Of a DNA stretch of 64,000 bases, positions 49,001-63,742 are shown in pieces (position 1 is the stretch's first letter; every line of letters starts with the position of its first letter). Location: contig NW_025767508.1 of assembly GCF_003918875.1 (NCBI RefSeq), positions 1 through 64,000 on the forward strand, given 5' to 3'. The notes under the pieces were generated by a model. That model searched no databases and had not been told where the DNA came from. It saw only the letters and a program-made list of their open reading frames with translations. Source of the DNA: Haliotis rubra (lineage: Eukaryota). The translations under genes were made by a program, and so were the position numbers.

Positions 49001-52000
49001 NNNNNNNNNNNNNNNNNNNNNNNNNNNNNNNNNNNNNNNNNNNNNNNNNNNNNNNNNNNNNNNNNNNNNNNNNNNNNNNNNNNNNNGACGATTCCGCCGT
49101 CCACAACCGTGGTCAGCCTGTCTGTAGTGGACCACACCCTGACTATCTCGTGCTTAGACACCACGGTGCCGTGGAAGGTCAGATTGTAGCAGGTTGCACT
49201 CACATCAGGCACAGTCGCATCTTCATCTGCATCTACGGTAACAGAAGACAAACATCAGCTTATCGCCTGTTTCGGCAATATCCATTGACTATATGAAGAA
49301 TGGCTTTGACATTGTATTCATGGATGGTACATAGCGAGTCTAGTTAGTCGGCGTGACGAGCAAATGTTTTCATCACTAGGGTCCTCCACCGTCTCTGTAT
49401 GTAGTTGTCATTACTAAAAGATGTAGTTTTCTTTGGGAAAATCTTGTAATTGAGCGACATGTCAGATGTTCATTAACGAAGTTATTTTTCGTGTATTTGT
49501 CAACAAACGTAACAATAAAGACACATTGTCGCAGTTTCAGACTTATTGATCTGATACGCTGAATGGTGCAACTAGTACAGTTTATCATAAATGTTAAATA
49601 TTGAACCAAACAAGGACTACATACCTAAATTTAATGGAGGAATTGTTCAATGAGAGAGAACAGCAGTTTGAACCAAAGAATTATAAAATTTGGGTATATA
49701 TTCCTATTCCTATTCACATTGAACAAATCCCCCACACCCCGAAAACAACAACAAACAAGGAGAAAAAAAACAACCCCAAAAAACTAAAACTCTTCTTAGA
49801 AGCTGCGAGATTTTTTATACTTCTCTGTAGTTATACACATGTGATAAATTGTTATTTTGCATTTATAGTACTAAACTTCGAAACCTGTCTTAATGACAAT
49901 TTTCTGATAAAGGACACATCGCCTTGTCATCTCATTATATACTATCACCTTATTACACATACTGAGTGCATACAGTAAGGATGTCAGCTAATATCTTGCT
50001 TCACACATAAATGTCGTTTTCTGATTGGCTGAGCGCTCTTCTATTATTTTCAATGTACCCAGCTTACAAGCGAGTAACATTTTCTATCTAACCCGCTGGG
50101 AATGCCGAACTCATTTGGTACTTCGTAGTAGTAATTATTTTTCTCGAATAACATTGAATCAGGTATGATGTACGGAAATTACAGATGTTTTGCGAATTCA
50201 AATCGATGGAAGGAGATAACTCTAAATTTGTTTTTCTTGTCGTCTGGTACTCCATAATATGATCCGATACCCGTGCTTCAAACAGTTCAAATTACCATTG
50301 AGGTGTTCGGTAAGATAAATACGTTGTTCACTGGTCCCTCGGGGCCCATGGGTTGATGTGACCCTCGAGACCAGTGAACGACTTATAATGCCCGCCTGGT
50401 TGTGAAACGAATTAAGAAGTGAAAAACACGGAGAAATCAACAGTCGTAGAAAAACAAATGTCAAGAAAGAAATCGTTGTTGATGTTGCCTTACCTTCCGT
50501 GCTGGGACGTTGTCTGGGGTTGAGGACCGTGGGGAGAACAAACTTGAGAGACCCATCAATCTCCTGAGCCAGTTCCGTCACGAAAGAAAACTGGAGTTTG
50601 GCGTCGGAATTTGGTGGTAGATTACCCAACTTGCATCTGAAGATGTCTCCTGAAGCTTCTTGTTCCTCTCTCATAAAAGGAGGTCGACCAGCAACATCAG
50701 CTTTTGTGTAGGTTTCTGTGACCTTTATGAATGACAGAATGTACTGTGATATGTCGTCATGCAATGTTGTAACTATCTTACATTCCTTCTGTTACCAAGC
50801 ACCAAATCACCAACAGTTCTTAACACTGTTTTATTTCATTTAACAAACTGAATAATTAGTTGTCGGCTATGTATTACTACATAACGTAATCAGTGATGTG
50901 GAAGTTACTATATTTATCAAGTGTAGTCTGGAAACTTCTAGAAGAGTATAGCCTAATCCAGCTTGGTACAGATCTTTCCTGGAGGTATTAACACTATACA
51001 AGTGGGAAAGCGCATGTCTCTTTCATCTTAAATTACGTTACGATCAGCGGTTATGTGGAGATTACGTTTTCACCCTGGATACCCAGCCTGTTGCTACCAT
51101 ATGTTTTAACCATTAGGTTTTACCGACACGAATTATGTATTTTAACAACTCATTACAATTCTTAAACGTAATTGATCTGGACCAGACACATGACTATTAT
51201 CAACGATTCATGGTGTATGTCAACAGACAATCAACGACGTCATGTCAAACAGATCCAAATCGCTTCGTACCACAACCAGTGTTAACATAAGCTGATGAGG
51301 CCAGGGGATGATCGAGGTGTATAATCATGCTCATGATTAAGTTTGTTTTATCCTCACCTGTTGTTTTTCTTGAATCTCAGCTTCGTAGTGTCTGTCGTCG
51401 ATGTCGGCCACAAGTTTGTACACCACGCTGTTGTCGTCCATGGGGAAGAGAAAGGCCACGTCCACTGTGGTGTCCTGGACATTGCGATACTGGACACATG
51501 CGTCAACGTTAGCCAGGAAACCTTGAATACTCACTGATACGTCAACACTCGTCAGAGGCACTGAAACATGACAGTGAGCAGGCGAGTGGGGTCTATCTCA
51601 GAGCCAGTGATAGTGGGCACAGAGTTGATAGAACTCTTTAGTCAAGCATTTCCCATTCCATTTGATCACTTACCACTTACAACTATGTCGGGACCAGTGA
51701 GGATTGCGGACTCATGGGTTTGTATCGGAGTCATTCAGGCAACGGTGCCATAAAGGTTGACAGAAAAACAAAACAAAACACACACAAAAACAAACAAACA
51801 TCGCCGAGTCAGTTTACGATCTTGCAATGATTTTAGCAAATTAACGTCAGTTGCACCACTTGATGACGTTAGTGTTTATGTTATTGGAGTTCTTACACTT
51901 TCTTACAAGACAACCTAACCATTTGCCGGAACTGGCTGTAATTCATCATCAGCTAAGATAGCTGTGTGTATACGCCACTATTATATACCCACTTATATCA

Positions 52001-52838
52001 ACTTAGACTTTAGAGAGTGTTCAAAATGGGCAATAAATATATCACAAAGTCTTGTAATTATATTTATTCTCAAACCCATGAACGTGTCATTGAAATACAG
52101 TCGTAAGTAACCGTATCCAACTGAGGTTCGTTGAGCAATCGACATGTGTAAATATAGATGCGATGTCCGAGATGCGATGCTATATCCCACCGTCCAAGAA
52201 CTCAAAGTTTTCCTCCACTTGCAGCAGCAGTTCAACAACATCACAAAAACCGAGATGTAGGCACGTGGCGAATCAAACCCGACACTCCGCCATGACGAAA
52301 CTACAGACTTATTTTTTGCGTGCAAAGGGACTTGAAAAGAAACGTCATTAAACATTTCACTAACACGTGTCACGTCGCTTGTAGGTTTATTTGTTAGATT
52401 GTTGCTTAACGTGACACACGGCAGTCCGTAAATAGTGGAGTCTGGACCAGACAATCGGGTGATTGACTTGATGACATGACGATCTTGGAACCAGACCCCC
52501 CGATCCCGTTAGTCACTTCTTACAAGCACGGATTGCTGAAGAACAATTTCTTTACTAGTCTAGCGCTTGTTAGATGTACTGATGTTATTAAAGAAGATTT
52601 TGAGACAAAACGTAGGAAAACTAACACCGTTCACCCGGCGTGCAATGTTTGGCTGACGAATGGTGATGTACACATACTGTCTCAACATGATGGAACGGTT
52701 TCTTGAACATACAATAATAACGATAAGGGAAGAAATGTTTCTGCCAGTCCAGTAAGAGTGGACGAGACAGGACACGGTCCAGTACTTACCTGTTCGCCCC
52801 TCTTGTCCCCTGATCACTAGACCGGAGGGAATCGCCAT
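40100..52838 (-). CDS. VWA5A-like: von Willebrand factor A domain-containing protein 5A-like (VIT + vWA), multi-exon
   Basis: Exons 52838-52790, 51560-51358, 50722-50494, ~49228-gap, 48196-48094, 47488-47381 (EFIFILDRSG), 46538-46412 (SMSG..FLKSLP..YFNVISFG), 46034-45890 (ADMGGSE), 45477-45398 (VFLLTDG), 45063-44949, ~43644-43454, ~42651-42500 (SKYTSFVGVD), ~41900-41836, ~40851-40688, ~40492-40100 (VWATGLAICWL). Confidence 0.9.
42146..42278 (-). mobile_element. 5'-truncated copy of the (ACTC/AGTC)-tailed SINE
   Basis: Same body as the 34270 SINE; TSD aggctccttgtga on both sides. Confidence 0.88.
43045..43420. repeat. GT-rich low-complexity tandem repeats
   Basis: gtgtggtgtgata-type units. 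Confidence 0.9.
44276..44690. repeat. Dispersed repeat, copy 1 (copy 2 at ~49993-50390; fragment at ~60570-60625)
   Basis: Near-identical ~400-bp sequences in two VWA5A-like introns. Confidence 0.85.
47200..47358. repeat. Minisatellite of catacaacacacgcat units
   Basis: Directly visible. Confidence 0.9.
48924..49086. other. Assembly gap (N run) cutting a VWA5A-like exon
   Basis: 163 N. Confidence 1.
49993..50390. repeat. Dispersed repeat, copy 2
   Basis: Matches 44276-44690. Confidence 0.85.
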
Positions 52839-53221
52839 ATTCTCCACCCTACAGCCACACTGACCCCAATACACTACTAACCCGCAACTGCCACCCCGAC
52901 CCAACAGCTTGTATACCAACGCCTTTATTCCTCAACACACCGATGAGTGACTGGACACAAAGAAGTGTTTTCAATGTTTTTCTGTTGCACTGAGAATATT
53001 CTGGCGCGGTGAATCGTATGATTCCATAAAGGAACTCCGAGTAATTTCTTTGCCTATTTATCCAGCTCATTGAGTGTTAGACAGTCATAGTGAATGTTCA
53101 CAGATCATATTGTATACAAAGATATGCGGTATTTGTGTATTCATTGGCTTGTAAACAGGTTAGTGGTTTTACTTTCAATGTGCTATCTTCTGATTGTGCG
53201 CAGGACGTACTCTAAGGGAGC

Positions 53222-53389
53222 GAGTTCCAGTGTAGTACTGATCACCTTGTGTGAAGGGGCACTGGCGGCCCTGTTGTAGACAGTGCCGTAATGACGGACA
53301 TAGTGAGTTCCAGTGTAGTACTGATCACCTTGTGTGAAGGGGCACTGGCGGCCCTGTTGTAGACTGCGCCGTAATGACGGACATAGTGA
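53222..53389. repeat. ~83-bp tandem duplication
   Basis: gagttccagtgtagtactgatcacc...gacggacatagt occurs twice. Confidence 0.9.
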
Positions 53390-54636
53390 CGTTCCTGACA
53401 GAAACGTTGGGTCGGGAAATCAGATTCCAGATTTATGTTTTCCTTTAGTCATCACCAGACCCGTTGTTGTAGATCTCAACAATGTGGTAGACGTGTCAGA
53501 TCTCATTTCAGAATCACATCAGAGTCTGCCATTCGAATATCCTTTTCACCTCGGGACTGACTCTCGTGCTTCAAAACAACGAAATGTCACCAAGAACATG
53601 CGTTTTGAAATACACTCCGTTGGAATAATGGTTAAAGTATGTTAAAGAGGGGGAAAATGGATCGCTTGTTTGCTCGTGTTACTACACCCAGAAGCTACAT
53701 TCCTTCCACAGGTCACGATGACGGGTGGTTATATGTGCAACAAGAGTTGTCTCCCTTTGGCGTCGAAAACAGAGCGCGCACTATTGAATTGGTGGTTCAG
53801 TCAAATCAAGTTATAACTGAAATGTTTATATAATACGAAATCGATTTTCTGAAAATTGCCCAATTTGCGGTTGTACGTAAAAGTTAAAAAACTAAGAAGC
53901 CGAGAACATAACACCGTGAGATCGGGACACTTGATCAATATTTGCGGTAGAGGTGTTGGCCACGTTTTTGGAGAGTATTGCATAGATTCAAAATCCTTTT
54001 CACTAAGCAGACGATTGTGAATGCAATGAATACATTTTTATGCATGTCAATACAATCAATCGCTTCAGTATGTCTATATGTAGACTCTATTTCTGTCCCA
54101 AGTCGCCCCTATCCTTCTGGATGCAAAGTGTTATTTTTTCTTAAAATCTAAAAATTGAACGTTGCGCGACAATTACACATAACAGATATGTACAATATTA
54201 ATTCCCTGTCCGATGGAGAATATTGAAGTGCAAATACTTATGCGGTTTGAAAAGTAGACTCGTTAAAGACAGGAATACTTTCTCCGTTTTTCATCCTACA
54301 CCGAAAAGGCACTGTGTGGAGATATTACATATTTGGCATCTTCAGGGAAACTGCGAGCGAACAAATTAAAATACTGAACGAACGATATCGGAACGACACA
54401 TCAATATCTCAAATAGACTAACGGGCAAAAGAAACGATACCAAGTCGAAATCACTGATATTACAAACCACCATTGTGAAAAAGGACAGTGAATTTTAATA
54501 ATAGGTGTATGGGCAACATGAACTCGGTCATTTCATTGGAGTAGCAGCAATAACAAGTCCATTGAGTCAGTGTATAAATGAAGGAATGAAGTGTCCAGTA
54601 TTCGATCACAGATGTAAACAATACAACATACGTGGT

Positions 54637-55553
54637 CAGTGTCTGGTATGCCCACTGTGGGCATCAACTCTACGACGTGCTGAGAACGTCAGACGCCGTA
54701 TACCTTGAGGGGTCCTTTGCCATTCCTCTTGAAGGGCTTGGACAAGCTGACGTCGGTTATAACGGCCCCAGCACGAATCTGACGATCCAAATGGTCGCAC
54801 AAGTGTTCAATTGGTGACATTGACGTGGAGGGCCAAGGAAACACATTGATGTTGTTTCTTTGTAGAAAATCCATGACAATATGTGCTGTATGAGGACGCG
54901 CGTTGTCCTGCTGGAACATGATCCGGTTACGGCGTTGGCGTAGGAATGGTAGCACAATCGGACGCATAATTTGATCAATGTATCGTTGAGCAGTGAGATT
55001 ACCATCCACCACAACAAGATCTGTCTTCATACCGTCACATATGCCGCCCCAAACCATGACACTCCGCCACCAACGGTTCCACTGCCTGTACACAGAAACG
55101 TTGCACACGTTCTCAACGGCGTCTGTTGACACGAGCCCTACCATCATTCCTGAACAGCTGGAACCTGCTCTCGTCTGAGACCATCACTCTCTGCCACTAT
55201 CTACTTTCTGTTTTGCCACTGGCGAACTGTGCGTGCCCATCGAAGACGTTGATTTTGATGTTAAAGCGTCAGCCGTACACCACGGTAGGGTCCGTAGGCG
55301 CGGATACCGTCGTGCTGCTGTTCGTTGACTGATAGGATGTCCAAGCCCAGTCGCTGCTGATGACGTCACAGGTAGGAAACGGTTTCTTCCACTTCTTGGC
55401 CAGTCTACTGTCCGCCCTGTTTGCCTGCAGCGTGTCATCAGCCTCGTGATGGCTAGACGTGTACAGCCCAAGGTCGCTGCTACATGTGCATGAGTGGCAC
55501 CCATCTGTACCATCCCAATGTCTCTCTCTGGATTCCTGCGATAATCAGGGCAT
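54637..55553 (-). mobile_element. Tc1-family transposase pseudogene
   Basis: HTH region with RSGR, SVMVWGGI, QRYIDQIMRP, FQQDNARPHTA, PWPS..SPIEHL; frameshifted. Confidence 0.92.
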
Positions 55554-55751
55554 GGTCGCTGAAGTTGACTTGAAGGTCTGATGTCGAGGAAGTTTTGTGT
55601 GCACTCTTATACCCCAATGATGCACGTGCTTCAAGCAATCCGTTCACGAGACTTTCGTGCTTCACGACCTGTTGTAGTGACTTGATTGTTTACAGGCCAC
55701 TACAATATGGCTGGAATATTGTCATAGAATATGAGTCCGGGATAGAAAGGT

Positions 55752-56060
55752 GATTGAGTGAGTTAATATTTAACGTCACATCGGCAATATTTCAGCCATA
55801 GCGTGACGAAAACAATTCATACAATAAAAAGCGAAAACATTTTGAAGATTAAAACCTGTCGATGATGAACAGTAAAAATACTAGAGAATCACAGATATGC
55901 ATGTAAAACTAGTGAGTTAAACTAAAACATGTTTATTAAAGAAGACAATACAGAATAAAACACGGGCTATAGATCGCCAACAACTGAAGGTAGATCACCA
56001 TACTAGGAACCATGGGGACTTACATTACTTTTGCTACCTGCACGGACCCTAGCTGGATGG
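55752..56060 (-). mobile_element. Dispersed retroelement 3' region (same family as 30157-30436)
   Basis: Reverse-complement match. Confidence 0.75.
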
Positions 56061-59000
56061 GATAGAAAAGGGCTCCAGCAAAAAGCAGTCTAAGCAAACT
56101 TAGGCTCAGTATTATTCGTTCGCCCAAACACAACATTTTTCATGACAAATGTCAGGGAAGCGTTGTGGCGATTGTTTTAAGCTCATAACTACTTACAAAA
56201 TTTGAGTTCGAGTCCAAATTATCAAATTCAATTTTAGTGTCGTTTCTTTTGCCCGTTAGTTTAGATTTGTATGCCTATGTTTAACGTTATACATTCAGTA
56301 TATCAAATGGCTAAACAATCAGTATAAAATATGGCTTGCCATAGACGACGAAAATTGATTTTCCGCTATAGTGTCAAACGACGACAGAGAGGCCACACGC
56401 TCATAAAGATAAGGGGGCATAACTCCGCTGTGCTTGACACTTGGTCGTTGTACCTGAACCAGAGTATTCCTATACAACGATCTACACTGTAACTGGATAC
56501 GTTTTGCTAGTATCACAAACTATAAAAATGATGAAATCGTACAATATGAGAAAGGGCGTAATAGCGAATTGAATGGCCTTATCGAATAGGTAAATTACCT
56601 CTTAGATTCCCATAATCTCTTGTTTTGTAAATGTATCATATTGCACCATTAATAACAGAATAACAGCCTTATCATCACGTGTAATAACATTGCTGAAAAA
56701 AACGACACCATTTTAGTTGACGTGAAGGCTTGTTTTATGTATTTGGCAAGGTCGGAGAAAGACGACATTGGTATGTTGATATATATCTTACCTAATTTTC
56801 GTTCAAAGAGTCAAAGGCTCATCTGTATATATCAGTATAAACCTTTCACAAATAGTTTGAATAATACTGAAACCTTTTGAACACACTTCTCCAAATCATT
56901 ACATATTACATCATGCGATCATTTCTGTAATGCTCGATGTCATTAATGTCACCTCCACCTTGGACAAGGACGCATCAGAGAACCAGTTTTTCCAGTTTGT
57001 GAAAAAGCTTTTGTCTGCACCATACCCGTGTAGCCTACCCATGAATAAACTATTATGTAACTATAAGGTAATGGGACACAGTGTGAGATCCGTCACATCC
57101 GGGCCTAAGTCAGGCCCGTTCAGAGGAAGAATAACCTAAGTCTTAGCTAGGTCTTTTTTTTGCATAAATCATGCATATTCAACACGCTGTAATTCTGAAA
57201 AATATTAATGTATCAACGTGATATTTCACCACAATCTAGGTCTCAACATGACGTTCAGTGGGGTATTATAATGTCAAAACAACCTAAGTCTCACTTAGGT
57301 CGTTCTGCTTCGCAACCCTTCATATGTATCTGAATACAACTGTGTCACAAACATGGTGAAGAGATACACAGAGACGTCCGGGGGATACCTGTGTGTAAGC
57401 TGTGAAGGTAGTAGATTAAATTCATTGTCTTGTATATCTTATACAGTCTTCACTCTTACTAGTACTCATCAAGAAATTGAACTTTGTGTTTATTACACTT
57501 TATCATAAGTCAGTGTTCCTCATTGTGTGGCAATGTTCCAAGTGTATAACATCGCGTAATAGGGGTCAGTGGTATGCTATATTCTTGAAAGTACTGGAAG
57601 ATCTTCTATTGTCTTTTTCGTAGGCACGTGAGGGGATCTATCTTATGACAAGCATTGTGTGTGTGATGATACTTATCCCCTGGACTACCTTGCCTAGGTC
57701 CTCCTTGGGGGTTGGTTGCTGTCGCAGAGAGGTGGATATTTTCATCACTGGCTTTACTGCCATGATTTTTGCTTTCGTATTATATTAATTTCATTGAGAA
57801 GATGGACAAACCTTTACAAATGCCATATTACGTTACATGTTTTTGGAAATTGGAAATATTACAGATTAACTGACCACGTTTCACCATCTTAAATCTGCCA
57901 AAGGTCACACTGATAATGAGCATCGGACATAATCGAAGACCAGTATCCCTTAAGCTATCAGAGCCAAGATGCAAAGCGTTTAGCTGTATTGTATGTTTAT
58001 ATTCCACGTTGGTCAAATCACGCTCGTGCCAAATACACCTTCGTGGCATAATCGCACCTGGATATTGCATTCACATGCACGCGACTGTGAATACTGCTAC
58101 ACTCACTCGGACCACGAACATGGATTGCAAGGCACAGATACCAAAGGTAAGTCACCATCAGCAGAGTCACTTGAAAGATGACATGGTACCGTCACAATAC
58201 TCTGAAGCTACTGTCAACAATTCTACAGTCTCTCAGACAGCCGACGTGTTTTGGTAGTTACTGCTACACAAGGTAAGTGACCAGTACTACCCAGTTGAAA
58301 AGCTATATTACTAAACTGGAAGCTTGAAAACACATTACATAGATAGAGGATACTAAACGACCTTCAGTGTAATACCATATTTATTAAACGAGTTAAACAT
58401 TTGATTCTAAATCTTTCACGAGCTTAATAAAAATGGTATTTCACGGAAGTGAGTTTAGTATTCTGTTTATCACTCTCCAACATAAATTGATAGAAACTGC
58501 CAACGTAGTGTTATGACTCTCAGCTTTCCACGAATCAAACAAGGTCTAATACCATTGTGACAGAGGTATTAGCATTGTGAAGTCATAACTGTAAACCATT
58601 ACGACGTCATACGTCTAGCGGTATTACACTAGTGTAATATTGCTGTAACAAATATCACAGTGCAGTATCACCCACGGGCGAGTAATAAATAAAAAAGTAA
58701 CAGTAAAATCGAACTATTAAAAATATGTTCCCTATGAATATATTTATGTTCTCTATCTTAGTAGGGACCTTCATGTTTTAGCATGAAACCCACAATGTTT
58801 CTGTCAGACAAACCCAGACTAAACACCCCCACCCCCACCCCTTGTCCACAAGTAATTAGATATCACTAGCTAATCTACTAAAAAAAGTACTGTAGGAAAT
58901 AGAAAAAAAACTGTTTTAGGCTGTTACTCTGTATCCCTACAATTTACACAACTGCAAATAGCATATGGCGAAATAACCCACTTCGGCCTAACTTGGCATT

Positions 59001-59924
59001 CAGTGGGATGCGTAATAGGATATCCAGAAAAGCATGTTTACTCGTAAAATCGGGCAAAACTTAGAAAAAGTACGAATAGATGCTGAAAACAATAGATCAG
59101 ACTATCAGATGGCAATTAGGTCGCTCAGCCAGATATGACGACCGACCGTCGACTCACCTGGCATGAAATGCATGTGCTGCCTACAGGCACAAGGGGTCAT
59201 CTCAAAGGTATTTTGTGCTTATCCATGTGTGTTGACTATGCCTCATCTATTGATTAACATCTTACGTGTCTTCCTTTCATAAAGTTTATGTTGAGATATG
59301 TATAAGAGTATGATACCTGATAACCATAGAAACACATCGTATTAAATGTCTCAAAATATATAGTGTGGCATGACCACCCGATCGCGAAGATCGACAGGAC
59401 TGGATATTATTTGTAAATTGTTATGACATGCCGTGTACTTCCCCAGTATAATTGCCCTAAAGGATTATCTCATCTTAGCTGATATCTCTATCCCCCAGGC
59501 CGATCCAAACGATCGTCTGCGACACCCGTCCAGGTTTTGCTTTTGAGACGAACCCTCCTATCTGTTTCTTTTTATGGTGACAGTGAAACTCCATGGTAGC
59601 TACATCCTTAATAGTTTCAGCATGAAAGTTATTAATTTTTACACCAGCTATCGTTTATAATGAAGCTACGTCTAATTTCAAATTGGGCATTTAAGCAGTG
59701 TCCTTTGTAATACAATATCGTCGCACACTACTTTGCATAAACCCATGGCCTGTTCCAAATAAATCGTTTTGGACTTAGAAAAACACCGCTTTGCTCATTT
59801 CTGCACTCATCTCTCCTCAGTAAAGTCCTTTTTCTACGTGTCCTATCTCCCTCCACTGAGACTGTAGTTAGGCCGAAATTAGTTTAACAGATATTTCACA
59901 CTTTCACATTTCCGACAGTACTTT

Positions 59925-60112
59925 AGTGATTTAATGACATTGTGTATTAATCTCAAACGTCCCTCTCAGACAGGTGAGCGTAGCTCTAGTGATTAAATGG
60001 CATTGTGTATTAATCTCAAACGTCCCTCTCAGCCAGGTGAGCGTAGTTCTAGTGATGTAATGGCATTGTGCATTAATCTCAAATGGCCCTCTCAGCCAGG
60101 TGAGCGTAGTTC
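59925..60112. repeat. ~59-bp tandem repeat, 3 copies
   Basis: cattgtgtattaatctcaaacgtccctctcag..aggtgagcgtag units. Confidence 0.9.
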
Positions 60113-60313
60113 TAGAAGAACAAGGCGTAACATGACACTGAAGAGAACATGTTAGCGTGGCATTGTAAGGGCGCAAACAATCCAGACAGATGACATAGAT
60201 TGGGAATAGTGAAAGTTTGAGATGACATGATTAGTTGTAAGTCATGCATTGAAAAACATTCGTATATGCGGCATGGAATGGTCTGAATTAATATTCCGAT
60301 TTCAGGGAGTATA

Positions 60314-61127
60314 CACTAAACGCCAAAAGAAATGTTACCCTCCTTCCTTAATGACGGAGGTACCTATCTTCAGCTGGCGTTGTGATGCATAGACGTCCAC
60401 TGCTTGGTCTGTCTATGGTGACCACAGTCTGTCTGTAGCGCTGACTTATAACCGTGACACGGTGGCATCCGAGGACGGTGGCAACAGGATTGCATGTCGA
60501 CTCCATCTGCACGATCCCAATATCTCTTTCTCTCTATTCAGCTGTTAATCTTCGGGCTCAGGGAACATAAACAAACATCGAGGGTACATCAGCCCATGTC
60601 CCCCTCGACACCAGTGAATAACCTATAGTTTAAACAGAAAATGGAAAAAATGTTACTTTGCTTGCAAAATTGTTAACATTGATAATTTTAGATGCTTTTT
60701 CACAATATTAAAGACACGTTTTACTTGTTTCACTAATGCAAATCAGCAGAAAATGTTTTCAAAGACTGAAATTATAGGAATGATTCTGTTACAATTTTAT
60801 ACACTCTACAACAGTTGTTTCTTGTTTTAATAGTTGAATAATGGTGACTTAAAATGGTTTATCTTTGTCTCAAGCAGAATTTTATTTCAACTTTTCTTTT
60901 GGACATCTGTTAATCACTGTTATTGGTTTATTTCGGCATGGTCGAAAATAGGACAATTTAAGGTGCATTTCACCTAAATATAAATGCATTTGAGAATACT
61001 TTTTTGTGATTTGCATAAAGCTGTGTTTTTTCGGCCTTCTTGTAAACTAATGCCTTCAAACATATCTTTGATAGTTTTTAAGTAATTCATAATGGTAGGA
61101 GGGTAACGTTTCTCTTGGCGTTTAGTG
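60314..61127. mobile_element. Non-autonomous Tc1-like element
   Basis: TA|CACTAAACGCCAAAAGAAATGTTACCCTCCT ... AGGAGGGTAACGTTTCTCTTGGCGTTTAGTG|TA. Confidence 0.88.
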
Positions 61128-61768
61128 TAGTTCACTCCCTTTGCAGCGCCTTACCAAGTATGGCTAACGTACCTGCAGGTGCCTATGATCTTTTGTCCCG
61201 GAGTCACTATGTGGCTGGAATAATGCCATTGTGACGTAAAACCCAACTCAAATGAACTCTTGTCCCGCACATCGTCCGTGGTGGGAAAGACCACTGGGCA
61301 TGGTTGACCAATGCGCTCTCTCAGTGTCTTACTGGTAGAGGTGGTCAGTTACGTGACGTCAGGCACGAGTGTTATCGTCTGACAAACAGGTAATGTTTCC
61401 GGTGTGCTGGGGCGAGTCTTGGTAAGTATTAGGGAAGCAGTCCACCATATATGCTCTCTAACTGTTAGCTTTGTCAAACTAGAGATGTGTTTCCAAACGT
61501 TTAGCCTAATATGATACTTAGCTGTGCGTTGTTGCACAAAAAAGACAAAAGCAACCTACTTTTGAGCGATAGTTTCCTTGTCCCAGACAATTTTTAAAAT
61601 TTTTGATGTTGTATGTCCAGTTCTTCTCATCTGAAAAATGGTAAAAATCTTGGTACTTTATTCATAGAAATATTTCAAAGGTTTCATTGAAATTACCTGT
61701 GTTTAAATTATAAGAATAATACCTTGGAGATGTTCACATTATTCTTAACGGGTGTTCCAGGAGAGGAC

Positions 61769-63742
61769 ATGTCAACTCGAGCTGAAGAAGGGATGAGGGC
61801 TGGCTTCAGTCTAAAACTGACTATGTTTGAAGATATGGTGGTTCCATGTGGTATCATCCCCATTCTGTCCTCCTTCAGGACCCGTGAAGTACGAGATGAC
61901 GACATCTTTCTGTGTACATATCCTAAATCAGGTAAATACCCGTGACTATATATATTCATATGTTGTGTTTCACGATGGAAGGCACTCTCCTACCCAGAGT
62001 TCCATGCGGCAAAAATGTGACGATTCGTCACATCTTGCAATGTCCATTCAATATAATGTACACATTTCGTTTACACTTTATTTGTGACGAGTCTACACAT
62101 CTATCTAAACATCTTTAATAGAATGGTTTAGTTTCACTGAGAAAATATCCAAACACATGTAACACTATTTCGATTTTCGTAGCGATCCTTTGTTTACATA
62201 GGTTGTACGGCTCCACGTGCTGTCATCAAAGCTGATGGAGAGCAAACGATGCAGCCAGTTTGATATCTAAATATGTACCGTCATAGACCTTACTGTCGCA
62301 TTTGTGGAAGAATATATATGTAACAATGTAAAACATTATGAAGAGAGAGCCGAAAAGCTTTCGTGAGTCCAGTCTCTTCTTATTATGAATATGCGCGTTT
62401 GTTTACAAACAAGAGAAAAGTCCGGTCACGTGATATGCAAATTAACCTGTGGCAGTGATGTTATGCGAAGTCATCGCTGTGCCGGAGTGTGGATAGAAGG
62501 ATTAGATGTTTCTTTTCTACTCCAGACCTAGTCAAACTAATTCAAATAATGTGTTTTTTAGTCTTAGTCAAATCAAATGAAACAATGTGGTTTCCATCGT
62601 AGCAGAAAATACAGCTGACTCAATTTAACAAAATGGATGTATAGTTCAAAACCATATGGCACAAATACGACGTGTGCCATAATTATTTCAGGGAAATTGT
62701 TGACATGAAGTCAAACAATAGGTCTTCACACAGTAGAGACCACGCACGTGTGGTTGTAATGCTATGTCGTATAACATGTCAGTTTGCTGAGGGTCACATA
62801 GGATGACATACGGCCTAATGCAGTGTGCTGATGCCTATCATCCAGTTCTCAACTCTACAGGTACCCACTGGACATGGGAGATTCTCAACATGATCGTTAA
62901 AGGCGAAGCGAAGTACACAGAGCATTGGCTGGGTTCTTCCTATATTGACCAACGCAATGAAGATGTCATAGATGCCATTGCTTCTCCGAGGATCTTGACA
63001 ACCCACATGATACCACGGTGACTATAACATTCATTATGAAGTTCCTTTGATATAAGCCTTTGAAAACTGCTGCATCAAAGATAGTTATGTCTCATGCATA
63101 CGAGATGAGTCTTCAAGTGAACCTGTTCATACAAAGCGACATGTACACTCAATCTGAATCGTGTAGGGGGTACTTGCCTTGACTAATTTGTTATTGTAAA
63201 GGCTGTATTTTACGTGAGTGTAACCTTACCTGTGCAGTATTCTTAACATAAAGGAAATGTTATGTTACTGTTTTATCCGTCGTATAAAAAATATTTTCAG
63301 CAGGTTCTTTTATTATGGTCTCGTTACGACTTTACACGGAATTCAATCACGTGCAACCTCTCGCACGTGAAACATATTGTATGATCTAAAATCTAAAGGA
63401 TCAAATGTTTTTCACTTATCTCTAAGGGTATCGCTGAGGCCTTAGGATGGTAACTTATGTTTTAAAGTGATGTGTGTTGATAATATATCGGAGCCAGATA
63501 GTTTTATCACTTTTCTTGTTTGATAGTTTTATCTCCATGGCAACTGATTGATTGTTCCAGCATTCTACCAAGAGCAATTTGGGAACGAAAGTGTCGTATA
63601 ATCAACGTACAGCGAAATCCGAAGGATGTTGCAGTGTCCTACTTCTTCCAGTCAACTAATCAGAACTGGATGAATGAATCAGCAGGGCCGTCTTTCACTG
63701 GTTCCTGGGATAACTTCTTAGATGCATTTATCAAGGGAAACA
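61769..63742 (+). CDS. Cytosolic sulfotransferase (SULT1-like), first three coding exons 61769-61931, 62861-63017, 63561-63742; continues beyond window
   Basis: RDDDIFLCTYPKSGTHW (5'-PSB), SPRILTTH (catalytic His), RNPKDVAVSY (3'-PB); intron phases match. Confidence 0.93.

Noticed and set aside
48819-49135. ORFs containing X runs
   Set aside because: Artefacts of the assembly gap.
58100-58280. Two strong AAG|GTAAGT donor sites upstream of the sulfotransferase
   Set aside because: Could be 5' UTR exons but cannot be supported without transcript data.
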